Assembly: GCF_018977255.1 (NCBI RefSeq)
Contig: NW_024704743.1
Location: forward strand, 58,654,001 to 58,718,000
Source of the DNA: Callorhinchus milii
Lineage: Eukaryota
Length of the DNA stretch: 64,000 nucleotides
Direction of reading: 5' to 3'
The position numbers and the translations under genes are program-made. The notes under the pieces are model-generated. The model saw only the letters and a program-made list of their open reading frames with translations, made no database searches and was not told the DNA's origin. Below, one piece after another: positions 39,151 through 52,974 of this stretch (its first letter is position 1; the number at the start of each line of letters is the position of its first letter).

Positions 39151-40089
39151 GTGACTTTTTTTTGAGGGATTTTTACCCCCACAACCTTCTGACCCAGAAG
39201 GGAATGCTACCAATGAGCCGGACTAACACAAATAGATTTAATTAAGGAACTCCTTCCCACAATCCCTTCACCTCGACCCCTCCCTTGCCTCCTTCAAGGC
39301 CCATTTCAAGACCCTCCACTTCGACCATGCCTTCAGTCATGCTCCAACTACCATCCTCCCTGCCCTTCACCCCTCATGATCTCAACCAACTGCTCAGGTG
39401 CAAATCCTTATTGTCTAGCACCCTGCGACATCCTCCCAATGTGACCGACGCTATACAAATGTAATTTGTTGTCATTGTAGATATGTTGTTAATTTTAAAA
39501 CATCAAATCTGTTAATAAACATAGCAATTTTCACACCATCTTTTCTATAGATATGATCCCAAAGCCTATAATATTTTTGGTGAAGTTTCACCATGAGCAA
39601 TGTGCAGGTAGTGATCAGGAAATGATTGACCAGAGGCAGCAAAAAGTTGAACATTGAGAATTTTCTGAAGAAATTATGCTCAGCTCTGCATTTGAGTAAA
39701 ATCAATTTTGAAGTTAAACCAAGAAATTCTTCTGGCTAATTTTTCAATTATTGTGGAGCAAAGGCCAGAAAGGACTTTTAATTTGTAGCAGGCTACTTGT
39801 CGAATCCCTCCCAAAGCGCTCATACACTGGTCAATAACTTATTACTGGTATCCAAGAAGCAGTTACCATTTATAGCAATGTTGCTTTACATTTACCTACC
39901 TGTATTGAAAAAGAGAATTTTTTTAAGCAGACATGAAAGCGATCACATAACCATATTTTAAAGAGTTTGTGTCGTCTTGCAAAAATATTTTGTAAGACAG
40001 AAAATTATCGGCTGTTCCATGGGCAGAAAAAAATGTTTTCCACATGTCATAGGGTTACAGAGTTCATTGTAATTTTTTTGTTTGCAAGC

Positions 40090-40741
40090 TTCGCACCAGG
40101 CTTCGGGACCACATCACTCCCACCCTCGCTCGCCTCCACTGGCTCCCCATCCCCCAGAGGATTGACTTCAAGATCCTCATCCTCACCTACAAGGCCATTC
40201 ACGGCCTTGCTCCCTCCTACCTCTCCAACCTACTATCCCCCTACCTACCTGCCCGTACCCTCCGTTCCTCTGGCTCCGGTCTGCTCCACATCCCCCGCCC
40301 CAACCGCCCTACCATCGGTGGTCGGGCCTTCAGCCTCTCAGCCCCCAGGCTCTGGAACTCCATCCCCCAGTGCCTTCGCCGCCTCCTCCCTTTCCTCCTT
40401 CAAGGTCTCAAAACCTTTCTCTTTGACCGTGCCTTCAGCTCCCCTCTCGACTCTCTTCCCCCTCCTCGCTCCCTCCCTTCCCTCCCCTCACCCTGACCAT
40501 TTCCCCCTCCTTGCTCCCTCCCTTCCCTCCCCTCACCCTGACCATTTCCCCCCTCCTCGCTCCCTCCCTTCCCTCCCCTCACCCTGACCATTTCCCCCCT
40601 CCTCGCTCCCTCCCTTCCCTCCCCTCACCCTGACCATTTCCCCCTGCTCGGGTCATGACCCAACTGTGCAGCGCCTTGGGACGTCCTCCTGACGTGAAAG
40701 GCGCTTTATAAATGGAATCTTGTTGTTGTTGTTGTTGTTGT
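40090..40741 (+). mobile_element. Young L2 3' fragment with a tandem expansion in the 3' UTR
   Basis: Near-identical to 5045-5545; four copies of a 45-46-bp pyrimidine-rich unit at about 40461-40643. Confidence 0.92.
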
Positions 40742-43679
40742 TTATACACAATGCTAATTAATGCGGTTTCAGTTGTGATGTACAATGTGTTACACTGAAA
40801 CTGTTTCAAAAAACACCATTAATATAATAATTATGGTAGACTTCATTGCAACCATCATGTTGAATACCACTAAATCATTCCCATGTGCAGATCTGACAAC
40901 TTCTGTCATGCAAGCTTCTTTTACAGAGGATACGGCCCATTTAACTATTCATAACATATGGGTGGAACAGTGTACCACAAGAGAGAAAGCAACTCTTAAA
41001 GATTTGTAACAAACTAGGCATAAGTGACAAATCAATCCAAATTTGATTGGTATAAACATATCAAAACAGAACAAAGGTTTGCACTCAAATAATCAATTGG
41101 GTCTGAAATCATGGGAGAAAGTGAGGTTTACTGAAAAGAAGAGGTTATCAGTGTGATTGGAAATCCCGTGTAATCCAGACCACGCTCTGTACGTGTGCTG
41201 AATATAAATACCACAATCCAGATGCAAGGCATTGTCCATGTTTAGACAAAACCACATTAACATATAAGCAAAGTTCAGATGGCTTACAGAAAAATAACTG
41301 TAAAAAAATTCAAAGATTTTTTATGAGTCATTTTATTTTCAATTCAAGACGCAAAGCCTTTCTATTAATGAGAGAATTCTCAGTTGTATTTTCTTTGTTA
41401 TTAGATTGACTTGCAGAGCAGCATGAAGAATTGCTTGTATTCGGGAATGTTTTAACAAATCTTTATTGAAATATTTTAAGGCCGCATACTGCTGTTAATC
41501 CACAATTAAATTCTTTTCATTTAATTCCTTTTTTGTACTGTACTGAACAGCATCATAAACCCACTCAGCCATGCTCACGTGGCCTCAGGGAATGTCACTT
41601 CACTGTTTTTGGAGCCCTTCTCATCTGCGGTTCCAAAGAATTAATTAATTGATGTTCTGTCTATCCTCATCTTGACAAGAACATATGACGTTCAAATGTT
41701 AAACATGGAAGCAGAGATGAAACTGTCAGAAAAAGGCCGAAAGTACTTATTAATATAGTTTTTGATAAATATCTATCCAGGCTCACACTGTGTCTCATCT
41801 GGTTTCATCCCTGAAAGTAGTTAATCTGATTGATGAAGATCCCATTTCAGATTATCTCCCATGCTGAGTTTAATAACCACACTTTTGCAAAAATCCCCCA
41901 TCACAGAGCACTGAACTTCAATCAGTCATGTGTTCCAGTCATGTGAGCATCTAAGCTCCTGCAAATGCTCACAACTCTGTCTGGTTCCCAGTGATAGCAG
42001 CTGCAACTCTCACCAATGAGGATGTGTGGGAAATCATTTCCACCTTCTTGTCCTGCACTTTAACATCACTGGACTTTAACAAGAAAATATTGAAAGAAAT
42101 ATTGTTCATCTTGAAATCTCTGGCAAGAACCATAAGGATATCATGTTCAAACTCCAGTTGAGGATCAATTCCTAGGTATGGTTTGTCATTCACAATTATG
42201 AGAAAACAACAATTACTTCTATGTATTGAATTTCTAATAGCTTTGATACATAACCTGATAGATAAGCTCTATTTGCACAGCAGTTTTTTTATCATTATTG
42301 CAATTGGGACTAATCACAGTGACTCTAAGTAAGCAAAATTTAGATCATTTTCAAACCGAGGAAGGAATTTTTTTATCTCTAGAACATAATTTATAAAGGG
42401 AAATGTTATAAATGCTATTATATTATGAGAGATTTATATCAGTACTATTAAGGCCCTAAACTCGAATGCAAAACCTCCAATATATATTCTGTGAAGCTCT
42501 TTGAGACGTCTAGAATATGTGAAAAGCGCTATATCAAATGCAAAGGAAAAAATCAAATTTCTTATTCACAAAAAAACTTACAGAGGAAGGGAAGTAGCAT
42601 TAGTGCAAAGCTGCTGAATCTAGCATCCACTAAGTTATAAAATGATGGCACTGTCATAATGTTGAAATTAAACAGGTTTTCATAAGTCTCTATTTATGTC
42701 AATCTATTCTTATATATTGGATCACAACTATTATTATCTGCCTACAAAAGCACTGTTTCTCCACCTTATAGTAATAATAGTACTTGCATTTATTATTATT
42801 GTAGTAATTCCTGTAAAGTTTTGAGACGACTTGACAAAGGCACTAAATCAAATGCAAGGATAATTATTTATCATAACGTTTTTGGTCTAAGTGGGAATTG
42901 TCCTTGCGTATCATCCTCTGTAAAAATTAGATCCTGTGTTTGCATTGCTTTTGGAATGCCATTAAATGGCATTCTGAAAAGCCCAATATAGAACTTCTAA
43001 GTAAGGACTCAAACAGCCAGCCCCATCAGTTCTCCTTTTACCTTATGCCAGCAGTTGCCAGTGTACACAACTGCTTACCAACCCTCAGGGGTCATATTAG
43101 CAGGTGATATGTCTCAAGATTCATATATCACACAGTTTTGGTCAATTGTTTTCTAAACTGTGTACTGCACAAGCGATGGCATCATAGTTGCCAGGTTGGT
43201 GCTAAATGAATGTCAGTAACTTCGACAAGAAATTATAAATTGCGACCAACCAAACGCTGACAGCAAATGAAGCAAGGAGATGGTTCCCAGAGGAGCAGAC
43301 CCATCTATTATCTTCATGTCTATAAGCACAGGAGACACTGGTTCTAACATAAGCTACAAATAACCAGTTCTTCAATATCCAATAATATAAAACACAAGCA
43401 GGATTTTATAGAATATAAATATTTTTAGATTCTGTCTCATTACCTAGCAAACTAGAGAGGCAATGTTGTAGGATCTTGAAGAATATAGTTGACATATTAA
43501 ACATTATTTTGCAAGTCAACTGGAGCTTGTTGTTTACTGAAAAGATTCTGTGACATTGCATTCCCATATAATCCTGTTCAGTTTACAAACCCGCCAAAAA
43601 TGTCAATGATATGACTTTACTTTAGCAAGGTGCAGCTTTATCCAGATAATCATTGCATATTACTATTTTTATAACAAAA

Positions 43680-44273
43680 CAGATGAAGGAAGCTTCTTAG
43701 TATAAATAGGCTCTATTCCACTGGTTGGAGAGTCTGTAACCAGAGGTATGCAAGTACATGATAGTGTCTAGTGGATGTAGAAGACAGTTTTGGAGGAGCT
43801 ATTTCATGCGGAAGATTGTGAAATTGTGGAATTCATTGCCTGAAGAGATGATTGAATCAGATAGTATAGATGTAATCAAGAGGAAGGAATAATAATAATA
43901 ACAATAATAATCCTTGCATTTGATACAGAACCTTATCACGTCTTTGAAATGTCTCAAAGTGCTTCACAGAAAATATCGTAACGTGAATTGACTGTATATT
44001 TTATGGGCGAAACACTGCAGCCCATTGCCTACACCAGCGTCCCACATACAGTCGTGGATAGAGTAACCAAATTCTGTGTTCTTACTTATTGCTAGGTACA
44101 CAGATGCGTGTGGAGTAAGGAAACTTGCCCAACATTTCTCCCTGCCCAGGAATCAAACCCAAGTCCTCTCGCTAGCAAGGCAAGTGCTCTAACCACTAAG
44201 CTACAGGACTCCACGTAGGAGTGGACTTGGTTGGGCCAAAGTGGCCTGTTTCTGTGCTGTACATTCTTTGTAA
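43680..44273 (+). mobile_element. CR1 3' end interrupted by a SINE
   Basis: LFPLVGESVTRG and VKLWNSLP; CR1 tail ttgggccaaagtggcctgtttctgtgctgta at 44215-44273. Confidence 0.7.
43888..44214 (-). mobile_element. Young composite tRNA SINE
   Basis: Reverse head ctaagctacaggactccac and reverse tail (aat)n ccttgcatttgat. Confidence 0.88.
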
Positions 44274-46979
44274 GGAAGCCACTTTATTGTTAGAGTACTT
44301 TCTGCTGTTACGGTTACTGATGCAGTTTATTGGAAGTTCTGATTGCATTGCCAATGTAAAAGCTGTTCCTAGTATTTCACATTACTCAGATATGAGAAAA
44401 TAATAATGTGTATCTATTGTGATACTTGTATGTAAAAAGTGACAATGAGCAAGAATGTTAATTGTGTTGTGATAAAAGCTTAAAAATGAATGAGGGTGTA
44501 TTTATTAACTAGAATGGGAGTTTCATGAACAGTATGAGCAATGAATTGTAAACTGAAATCCCTCAGCCTTAAGACCATTGTTTTAAAATGTCAAATTGTG
44601 ATTTTAAGAGTTTTCCAAAAATGCTGCTTTATCTTGAATTTCAAGATAGATCTTAAGGTTAAAACCATGAGAATTTCTAGCCTCTGGAAGGCAAATCCTC
44701 AGAATTCCAATTTAAGCTAGTAGCTAATACTCATAACATCGTGTTTTATCTGTGCCACATTTATACATTGTCTTCAATGCAGTAAAGATTGGCATGGGTC
44801 ATTTTCGTGAGGAGGAAGAGATAATAAGTAATCTAAAAGATCCAGATACAAGCCAGCAGTGATTGCTCTATCACAATTATTGGTGCTAATATTCCCATTG
44901 GATTTCTTTTGCCATTTTGGACACTATCCACAAGATCACAGGAGAGAATAAGATGAAGAAGACCTTTTGGCCCATTTGATCTCATCCTTCCAAAATACCC
45001 ACCCTGCCCTGCTTTTGTAAATGTGTCCAGTACCGTGATCTGAATCACCTGATAACTCATTCCAGCCATTATTCATCCTCTGCGTAAGCAAAGCTCCACT
45101 CTATTCATCAGAGGGAGACCAATTTAACACATCACGATGATCCTGTGAATGGATTTCTAAACATACATTCCAATTTTCTTGTGAATTATATTATAGACAT
45201 CCAACACTAAGATCTGTTTACTAACTCATACAGATTTTGCAGCAAATTCAACAAAGAAAATCACCAATGGCATAATCAGGAATATGTAAATAAACATACT
45301 GGAGCAAATCTAAGAGTAGTTGTTTATTTACCAGTGCTTATTACAGCGCAACAGATAAGATCTAAACATCTCATAGGCAATTTTTTTTGCTATTGTCTCA
45401 AATTACCTTTAACGAGTTACAGTCAAGCAGAAGTCTAGACCACTCCTTTATTGGTATATTCTTACAGCTAAATATTTTAAGCACTCTGAGATGCCGTAGG
45501 CATGAAGGGCGCTATATGAACGCAAGTTGATGTTTTTTATCTTTGTAGTAAACTAGCTGTCAAAAAGTAGTGTTGTAAGGATATTAACAATACTTGCGCA
45601 AATTGTTGCATTAAGATTGCTTTTGGAAGTGGTGAATTGTTAAATCACAGAAGGTGTACCAGCACATAAAGATTCCATGATTCCATTAGCCTATTGTGTA
45701 TGTACTGATGCTATCTCCCCACTGGTCAACAATCCCCCAAATAAAGATGGTCATTCCCTTCTTGGCTTTTTGGAGAAAATTGCTGTGTGCAAATTAGCAG
45801 CAGGATTTGCCTCAAAATACACAGTACATCACATGAAGCTCTTTGAGATGTTTCAATGACTTGATAAGGCACTATATCAAATACAAAAATGCAAGGATTA
45901 TTATCTAATCCCCTTTTCCCTCGTCAAGTATTTATCCAATTCACTTTCAATGCTCTGATGGATTTAGCTCCAACAGCATTTGTGTTAACTAACTTCTTAG
46001 TTCTACATAAATGGATGTGTTTTCACAATAATTTGCAATTGCAAATGTTAAATATGAATAGTACTATAGCTTCACTTAGCTTACAAGTAAATATAATGAA
46101 AGCTGTTTGCAGGTATTCCTATATCACTAAGCAATGAAGTGGGACTTAAGGTCTAAAGTTGTATTCAAGTCTGACCTAGTCAAGTTGTAAAGGATTTAGT
46201 CTTGACACCACAAGCTGGAGATATTGGTTGATTCAGCCAATGCAGCCCAAATATAATTACATTGAAAACAAATTTTAAAGAGTGCAAATGTGGTTGGATT
46301 CAGTATAAATAAAAATACTTTCTGAATCCGAATACGTCACAGTTCCACTTTTGTAGGGTCAGTGAATCTGTGTTCCCAGTAAAAACCTGTAAGTTTGTTG
46401 AATCTGTTCCACACGCAGATTTCAATTAAATTTTCAATTACAGGTGAGAAACACTGAATCAGAGAGTGAAAATCAGAGGGAGGCTACGTATTGCATATAT
46501 ATTCGTACAAAACATCTTTGCAACTAAACAATGAATAGCTCCAACAATACTTGCAGAGAAAGACCAATCTATTCAACCCTATTTTATGGAAGCTGAATTC
46601 AATACAAGAAACACAGCTGAGATAAGTAACCATCTTCCCCTTTCTTCAAGGATAGGAAACAATTACATTAGAATTGTATTATTTCAAAGAAAAAAATTAG
46701 ATTTACAATTTGTCATTTAGAATCAAATAAGATTTGTTCTGGATAGCTTACAAGTTCCCACACAATCTCTAGTATTGTGGAACTGTTTATTATATATTGC
46801 TTGAGTAATGAATGCTATTAAATAGATTTTTTTTCATTACAGTCAATTGTACAGCCCAACCTCACATCAACAGGATAAATGTGTTTGAATCCAGTACTTA
46901 ATAATGCTTTTCTAATTCTAATTGAATGTTGTTGTTTCATCAGCAGTATGATTATCATCCATGTGTGGGTCTCCTTGAG

Positions 46980-47580
46980 GCTGAGCTTGGCAATGGGTCT
47001 CCTTGAGGCTGAGCTTGGCAATGGATTGCCAAAATTGAGTTAACCCTCTTTGGCCGTCTCAGTATTCTGGTTCTTGAGCCAGGTGAGTCCGCAGTATTCC
47101 ATTGTACCAGCCTGGCTGGCCAGCAGGACTTGGAGTCATTGGGGGCAGGTATTCTCTCAACTCAGCTCCTGTTAACCCTGCAGGCCAGAAGCCCTAATGG
47201 GAATGTTGGAGATGCCGTCCTTTGGATGAGATATTAAACCAAGCTCCCATCTGACTGTCGAACGCTATGAGTTTGAAACTCTTACTGAAACATAACTGTA
47301 AAGCGCTCTGAGACGTGGTCCAGCATGGAGGGCGCTATATAAATCCAAGTTGTTGTTGTTGTTGTAGCAGTATCCCGAATGCACACTTTGGGGTCCCCAA
47401 CTTGGCTTTTGCCAGCCTGTACCAAGTATTTTCTAGAATAAGGTAAGCAGGGTGCATCCCTCCGGGGAGAGTACACATTTTGTTAAAGACACTTTCTACT
47501 TGTAGGTGGCTTACCTATATGGTTTGGATATTCTTAAACATGTTGATTGATTTCCACACATAGACATTCAGCTGATCAAA
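46980..47580 (-). repeat. Family X copy interrupted by Deu-SINE and L2-tail fragments (47205-47367)
   Basis: Part B at 46980-47200 and part A at 47375-47580, both on the minus strand. Confidence 0.7.
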
Positions 47581-49839
47581 CAAAATCATCATTCTTCAAG
47601 AAAGTGTTGCCCATTTCATAAATTAATCTAATCGCAATATTTTATTCTATACCACATTAATTTAATCCTTGCATTTAATCCTTGCATTTGATATAGCGCT
47701 TTTCACGTCTTCTGGATGTCTCAAAGCACTTCACAGCATTCTGCTTGCTGTATATTTCAAAACAGTGTGAAACACCTATGGAATGTTTATTTCAAAACAC
47801 TTATGAAATAGATGATTGAATCGTAGCATTGGTTTCAGTTAAAATGCATAAAATTCTTCATTAAAATTAATTAGATATTTTGGGGGAAAACAATATTTCT
47901 CTTGTGTTATGTACCTGAATTGAATTGTAATCAGTGCATCTGCAAAGTGCTGTAACAATGTCATTATAACCTTTCCAACTTGCACAAAATAATCCATGGT
48001 GCCTGCTGATAAGCAGTTATTTCTATAAATGTCAAGTGGAATGCTTGTAAGTCGTGAAACCAATAAGGATTTTATTCTAAGATGCTCACAGACAGTCATT
48101 TTAATAATGGTTGACAAAAGAACCCTTTAAACAGATGTTTTGAACTGTAGCACTTCTACTTGTTATCTTTGTTTATCTTTGAAGCTACCCTTTTCGAGTT
48201 TCATTAGACAATTTCAGGACATTGCACTTCACTGATCTGATTGACACATTGCCACTCCATTGGCCTCCCAGTAAGCAGCGTCCTGATAAATCAATGCTTC
48301 ACTGAATAAAGGAACGTAAGTCGCTATCCTGATTGTGCAAAATGAATGATGAAGTTCTAGATAAACCAAAAAATTAAGATAAAGCAACCAATGAATAATC
48401 AATTTTGGGTCCCACACACCATAAAATAACCAAAACACAAATATGAATTCTTGGGGTCATTTTCTAAGTTTCTATCAATGTCTTACACCCAAGATCACTA
48501 TTTCCTTCGATTATCAACCATTGTTGGTCTTACTTGACTCCAGAGCGATGCACAACACAAGATATTGGGGTACAGAATCAATACATTCGGGTTCAGAGCC
48601 ACCTTTGCTCATCTTCCATTAATAGGTCCACCAATATAGACTGGGATAGGAAAATCAACTTGGTGTTTCTGTATGAATGTATGAAATATCTAAGAGGGGG
48701 TTGGCAGAGAACAGATTACACTGTTGATAACAGACAGTTAATCGATGACTGATAGTCGGTGGCTGACAGCCGGTGGCTGATAGTCGGTCGGTAGCTGATA
48801 ATTGGTGCCGTGATTCTTCGGTGACTACAAATCAAAATGATTCAAAGCCACTTTGAGTCCAGTAAGCATATCCCTGTCACATTTTTGAATTTTTTTTCAT
48901 TACTCGAAAGAGCCCATTTTATTTTATGGGCATTGTGCAATAAAATGCAAATAATCACTTATTTAAAATCTTTTCAGGAAGAAAATGACTAAGATGAAAA
49001 AGCTTTTATAGTAGTAAACATTATAGTGTATAAAAGCTAGGCCACTCAATCTAGACTTTAAGCAACAAGGAATTTTAAAGCAAATGCTTTGGCAGCATTC
49101 TTTATGCATAAATAAAAGAGAACTGAAAACAGCAACTATCTGCATTATTATTGACCACTTGACCCTCCTGCCTTTCACAAGCTTTAGTAACCATTAAGGC
49201 ATGGATCAGCAAGGAATTGGTACAAATGTTCCAAAGTTGAAGAATATATTTGTTACAAAATAGGAAGAATTTGTATAATTCAAAAAAATCCTCCTACTAA
49301 TAGATTAAAAATTAAACACAACTTTTTAATTTGCAACAAAATGACAACTAGGAACGAAGACTTTTGTCTACAAAATATACAGTCACTACACTTTATAGTA
49401 TATTCTGTAAACTCTCTGAAAAGCTCTGTATCAAATGTAAAAATTGTTATATTCTTATTCACCAAATTAATACCTGGAATGAAGACACTTAGCTTTGACA
49501 AGAGAACTTGATGAGCTTGACATTAATTTCTAAAACTGAGGAAGTTACGTGATGATCTGTTTGAGATGTTTAAAATAATAAAGGGACTAGCCTAAAACAC
49601 CCTTCCTGGTACCCCATTCCAGTCATAGATTACCCTCCGTATACATAAATACTTCCTGGTACCTGTCATAAAATTGCCCTTCACAACACTGAACCTCTTG
49701 TCTTCTATCTTGGTGTATCTGAAAGTATCTGAAAGCGCTCTGGGACGTTACCTGCATGAAGGGTGCTATATAAATGCAAGTTGTTTTTGTTGTATGATTC
49801 AAACTTTGTTTTGTCTATCTTATTAAGTATCTTATATAT

Positions 49840-50240
49840 CTCAATAAGTTCCATTCTCAGATGTCTCTTTTCGAGGATGAAAAGCCCCAGCTAAAACACT
49901 CATAATTCATCTCTCCAACATCAGCATCATTGTTTTCCCCTGTTTTGCTATTGGGGCCTGGGCAGCACTTGATGTCCTGAATCGTACACAATGCTCCATA
50001 TATAGAGTGAACAGAGCACTGTACAGCTTGAATACAGTTTGTAGGGTTCTGAACTCAACTGATTCAGCAATATAGCACAGTAACTTGTTTGCTTTTTTGT
50101 TTATTGCTGCCTCATAATGTTTCATTGTGGTGAGTAAACAAGACAACTGACATCACTAGATCTCGTTCAACTTCTTCCTTTGCATGTTCTATCCTGTTCA
50201 TAGAGTGTATGTGCTTCTTATTTTTAGCATTATTCAGCAC
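49840..50240 (-). mobile_element. Decayed CR1 RT C-terminal fragment
   Basis: KKANKLLCYI and LYSAL...MEHCVRF. Confidence 0.65.
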
Positions 50241-51263
50241 TATAGTCCAGATTCTCTTCATGTTAAGTTAACAATTTGCCTGAATCTTCAGTCTTGGAAT
50301 AACTGTACCCGATACCTTCATACCATTAGTATCCTTCTACTGTAATTTTACATCTCAGAATCCTGACTTCATTAGGGAAGTGTTATTGTCAGAGTAGTAT
50401 GGGGCTGCTGTGTCAGAATTCTTGTTCATGACTGGAAAAGTGAAGGAACTGTTTCTGCCTTCACTGCAATATGGAATTGAAGACAGCTCCACTGCCTTGT
50501 TCACCATCAGGGCCTTTTTGTGACAGTCCATAGCAGAATCTTTATCCAGATTCACAACTGGATTTTTTTGGCTTTGTTTTGTATCTTTTCAGGGAATAAC
50601 TATTCTCTTCTTGAAGTCAATTTGTTTAACTAATTATGGAAACACTGCCAACCTTTTTGTCAGGAGTTTAATGAAAAACAGCAAAACTGTCAGACATAAT
50701 TTATTCCGCTGCTGTGTTCCAAGCAGTGATTGAGCTTTAATTAATATCTAAAGTTTTTGGCCATTTTTATGCAGTCCAATAGTGCCAGCGCTACCTGGCT
50801 GCTGTTACACCCTCATTGTGAGAAAATGCAAATAAGCTATTTATATTCTTTTGTGACTCACAGCAACATTTGAATATAAAAATGTTGGTATAATATGGGT
50901 CCCAGCAGACTGGTTTTTGCACCAAAGCCAACACCCTCTAGTTCTGCAGCTCCACTGCAGAGAAAGCCATATTCCCATTTCATAAAATGTTTATTTTCTT
51001 GAATAAAGGATTTCTTCTTTCTTTTAATGGACTCTTTCTACGAACACTTTATGTCTTGGTAATTTGCTCTGTCAAAAATGTTCTACCCCCTTGTCTAATC
51101 TACACACAGTTAACCCATGAACACAGTTGCCATCACATTAGTGATCCATCATATTGCTGGGCGTTAAGTGGAGAGTTCATGTATCCTTGACTTTGAAGGA
51201 TGTAAATGTTACAATTGATCCCATTAAAAAATGGACAGTATAGATGTTACACTGCAACTGCAC

Positions 51264-51653
51264 AATAATAATATAATTATAATAATCCTTGCATTTTGTA
51301 TAATAATAATCCTTGCATTTGATATAGCGCCCTATTACGTCTTCAAGACGTCTCAAAGGGCTTCACAGAATGTATTTTACTGTATATTTTGCAGGCGAAA
51401 AGCGTCAACCAATTGTGTCCCACAACAGTCATGGATTGAGTGACCAAATTATTACTATAATTATTTTCAAGAGAATATTACCCACAGTAAAGCGATCTGC
51501 CAATTGATTAATAACCAGGTTTCTACTTACGGCTAGGTAAACAGAGGCATGGGAAGTAAAGAAACTTGCCCAACATTTCACCCTACCAAGGAATTGAACC
51601 CAATCCTCTCGCTTGCGAGGTGAGTGCTCCAACCACTAAGCTACAGGACTCCA
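51264..51653 (-). mobile_element. Young composite tRNA SINE, long variant, partial tail duplication
   Basis: Reverse head at 51620-51653; aatccttgcattt appears twice. Confidence 0.88.
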
Positions 51654-52548
51654 ATGTGGCTCCTTATCGCATTTCAAAACACTTCACAAGATTTACTGTA
51701 AGGTGTAGTGAATGCGTATTTGAAGGCGAACATAGCATCCAATTTGCACACAGCAATGAACCATAAATAGCTGTGAGGAAATGTGGTCTGTTTTCGAATA
51801 GTGCGATCGGATCTTAACATCTACCTGAACTAGCAAATTTACAGGCTAATTTCAGCCTTACTTCCTATCAGCAAGTGCTTGAGCTGTGGGAATAACTTAT
51901 TATAATCAAGCAAGTTTATCATAACTACACAAAAGACTATGCTTTTTGTTTTATGGCAAATAGACTCGGAGCTGGCAAAACACCAGCACTCCTGCTGCTT
52001 ATCACCAGGAAGATTCTCAAGCAGGCCCTGTTTGCATTTATCTTCACATGTCTTTAACAAACCAATAAATATTTATATTAATCACTGAGGTCGCTCCATC
52101 TTTGACTTGATTCTTCATGGAAAAATCTTCACACACAGAAAACTGTAGTCAAGGTCAATGAGATCAGTTGGTAACAAGACTGCAGCTGTGAGAACTCTTG
52201 AGTATTGATGTTCTGCATATTAGGAATTTTACTGATGTCGGCAGACAATCAGATACAATTCTCAGGTGGTCAGGAACATTACCAACCTTGGCAATGTGAG
52301 TTTAGAACAGCGTTTGGCATTTTGCTCTAACTCGGTTTAATATGGCACCAACAGTCTTATCAAATGTACCTCTTTGAGTGCACTTTTGTACACCTTTCCC
52401 TTCCCCATCCCACTTAGTCTACACTGTCCTTCACTCCCCTCAGCTCCCAACACCAACTCAGTGGCCAAAGTTGAGTGCTTTGCGATGTCCCCTCGATATG
52501 AAAGGTGCTGTATGTAAATTGTATTATATTGTATGAACATCAGATGTG

Positions 52549-52798
52549 AGCCCTGAAAATGGTCTTAGCCTTGAGGCTTAGTCTCGGAATCTAAGATTGT
52601 CCAATTTTGGAAGACAATTTTAAATTAGGTTTTAATTTGGAATTATTATTAGTTCATTATTAATTTGAAACAGTTCTTTCTTGCTGCTGCAGAAAATTAG
52701 CCTTCAAATTAGGATTATACTTAAAACCGTTTTTCAAAACTGCTTGATCTTAAATTTTAAGACAATCCTAAGCCTAAGAACAAGACAAATTGTGGGCT
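52549..52798. mobile_element. Degenerate foldback MITE remnant
   Basis: Left gccctgaaaatggtcttagccttgaggcttag..ctaagattgtccaattttggaagacaattttaa versus right arm reverse complement gcccacaatttgtcttgttcttaggcttag..ttaagatcaagcagttttgaaaaacggttttaa. Confidence 0.55.
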
Positions 52799-52974
52799 TC
52801 AGAACTGGTTACACACATTCCCTCCAGCAGTCAGTTGAACGTTCTTGTGATTAGAATCCAGTATCATTCACTGTTGGGTGGGAACAACCGCGGCAGCGTT
52901 CTTGATTGGTGGTGCTGGAGAGAGTTGGTGGGGTGAGGGGTTGGGGCGGGTATCAAAATGGCTAAATCATCCTA

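Noticed and set aside
50355..50585. Minus-strand 66-aa ORF as a terminal exon
   Set aside because: Poor acceptor context and no recognisable homology; length within chance expectation
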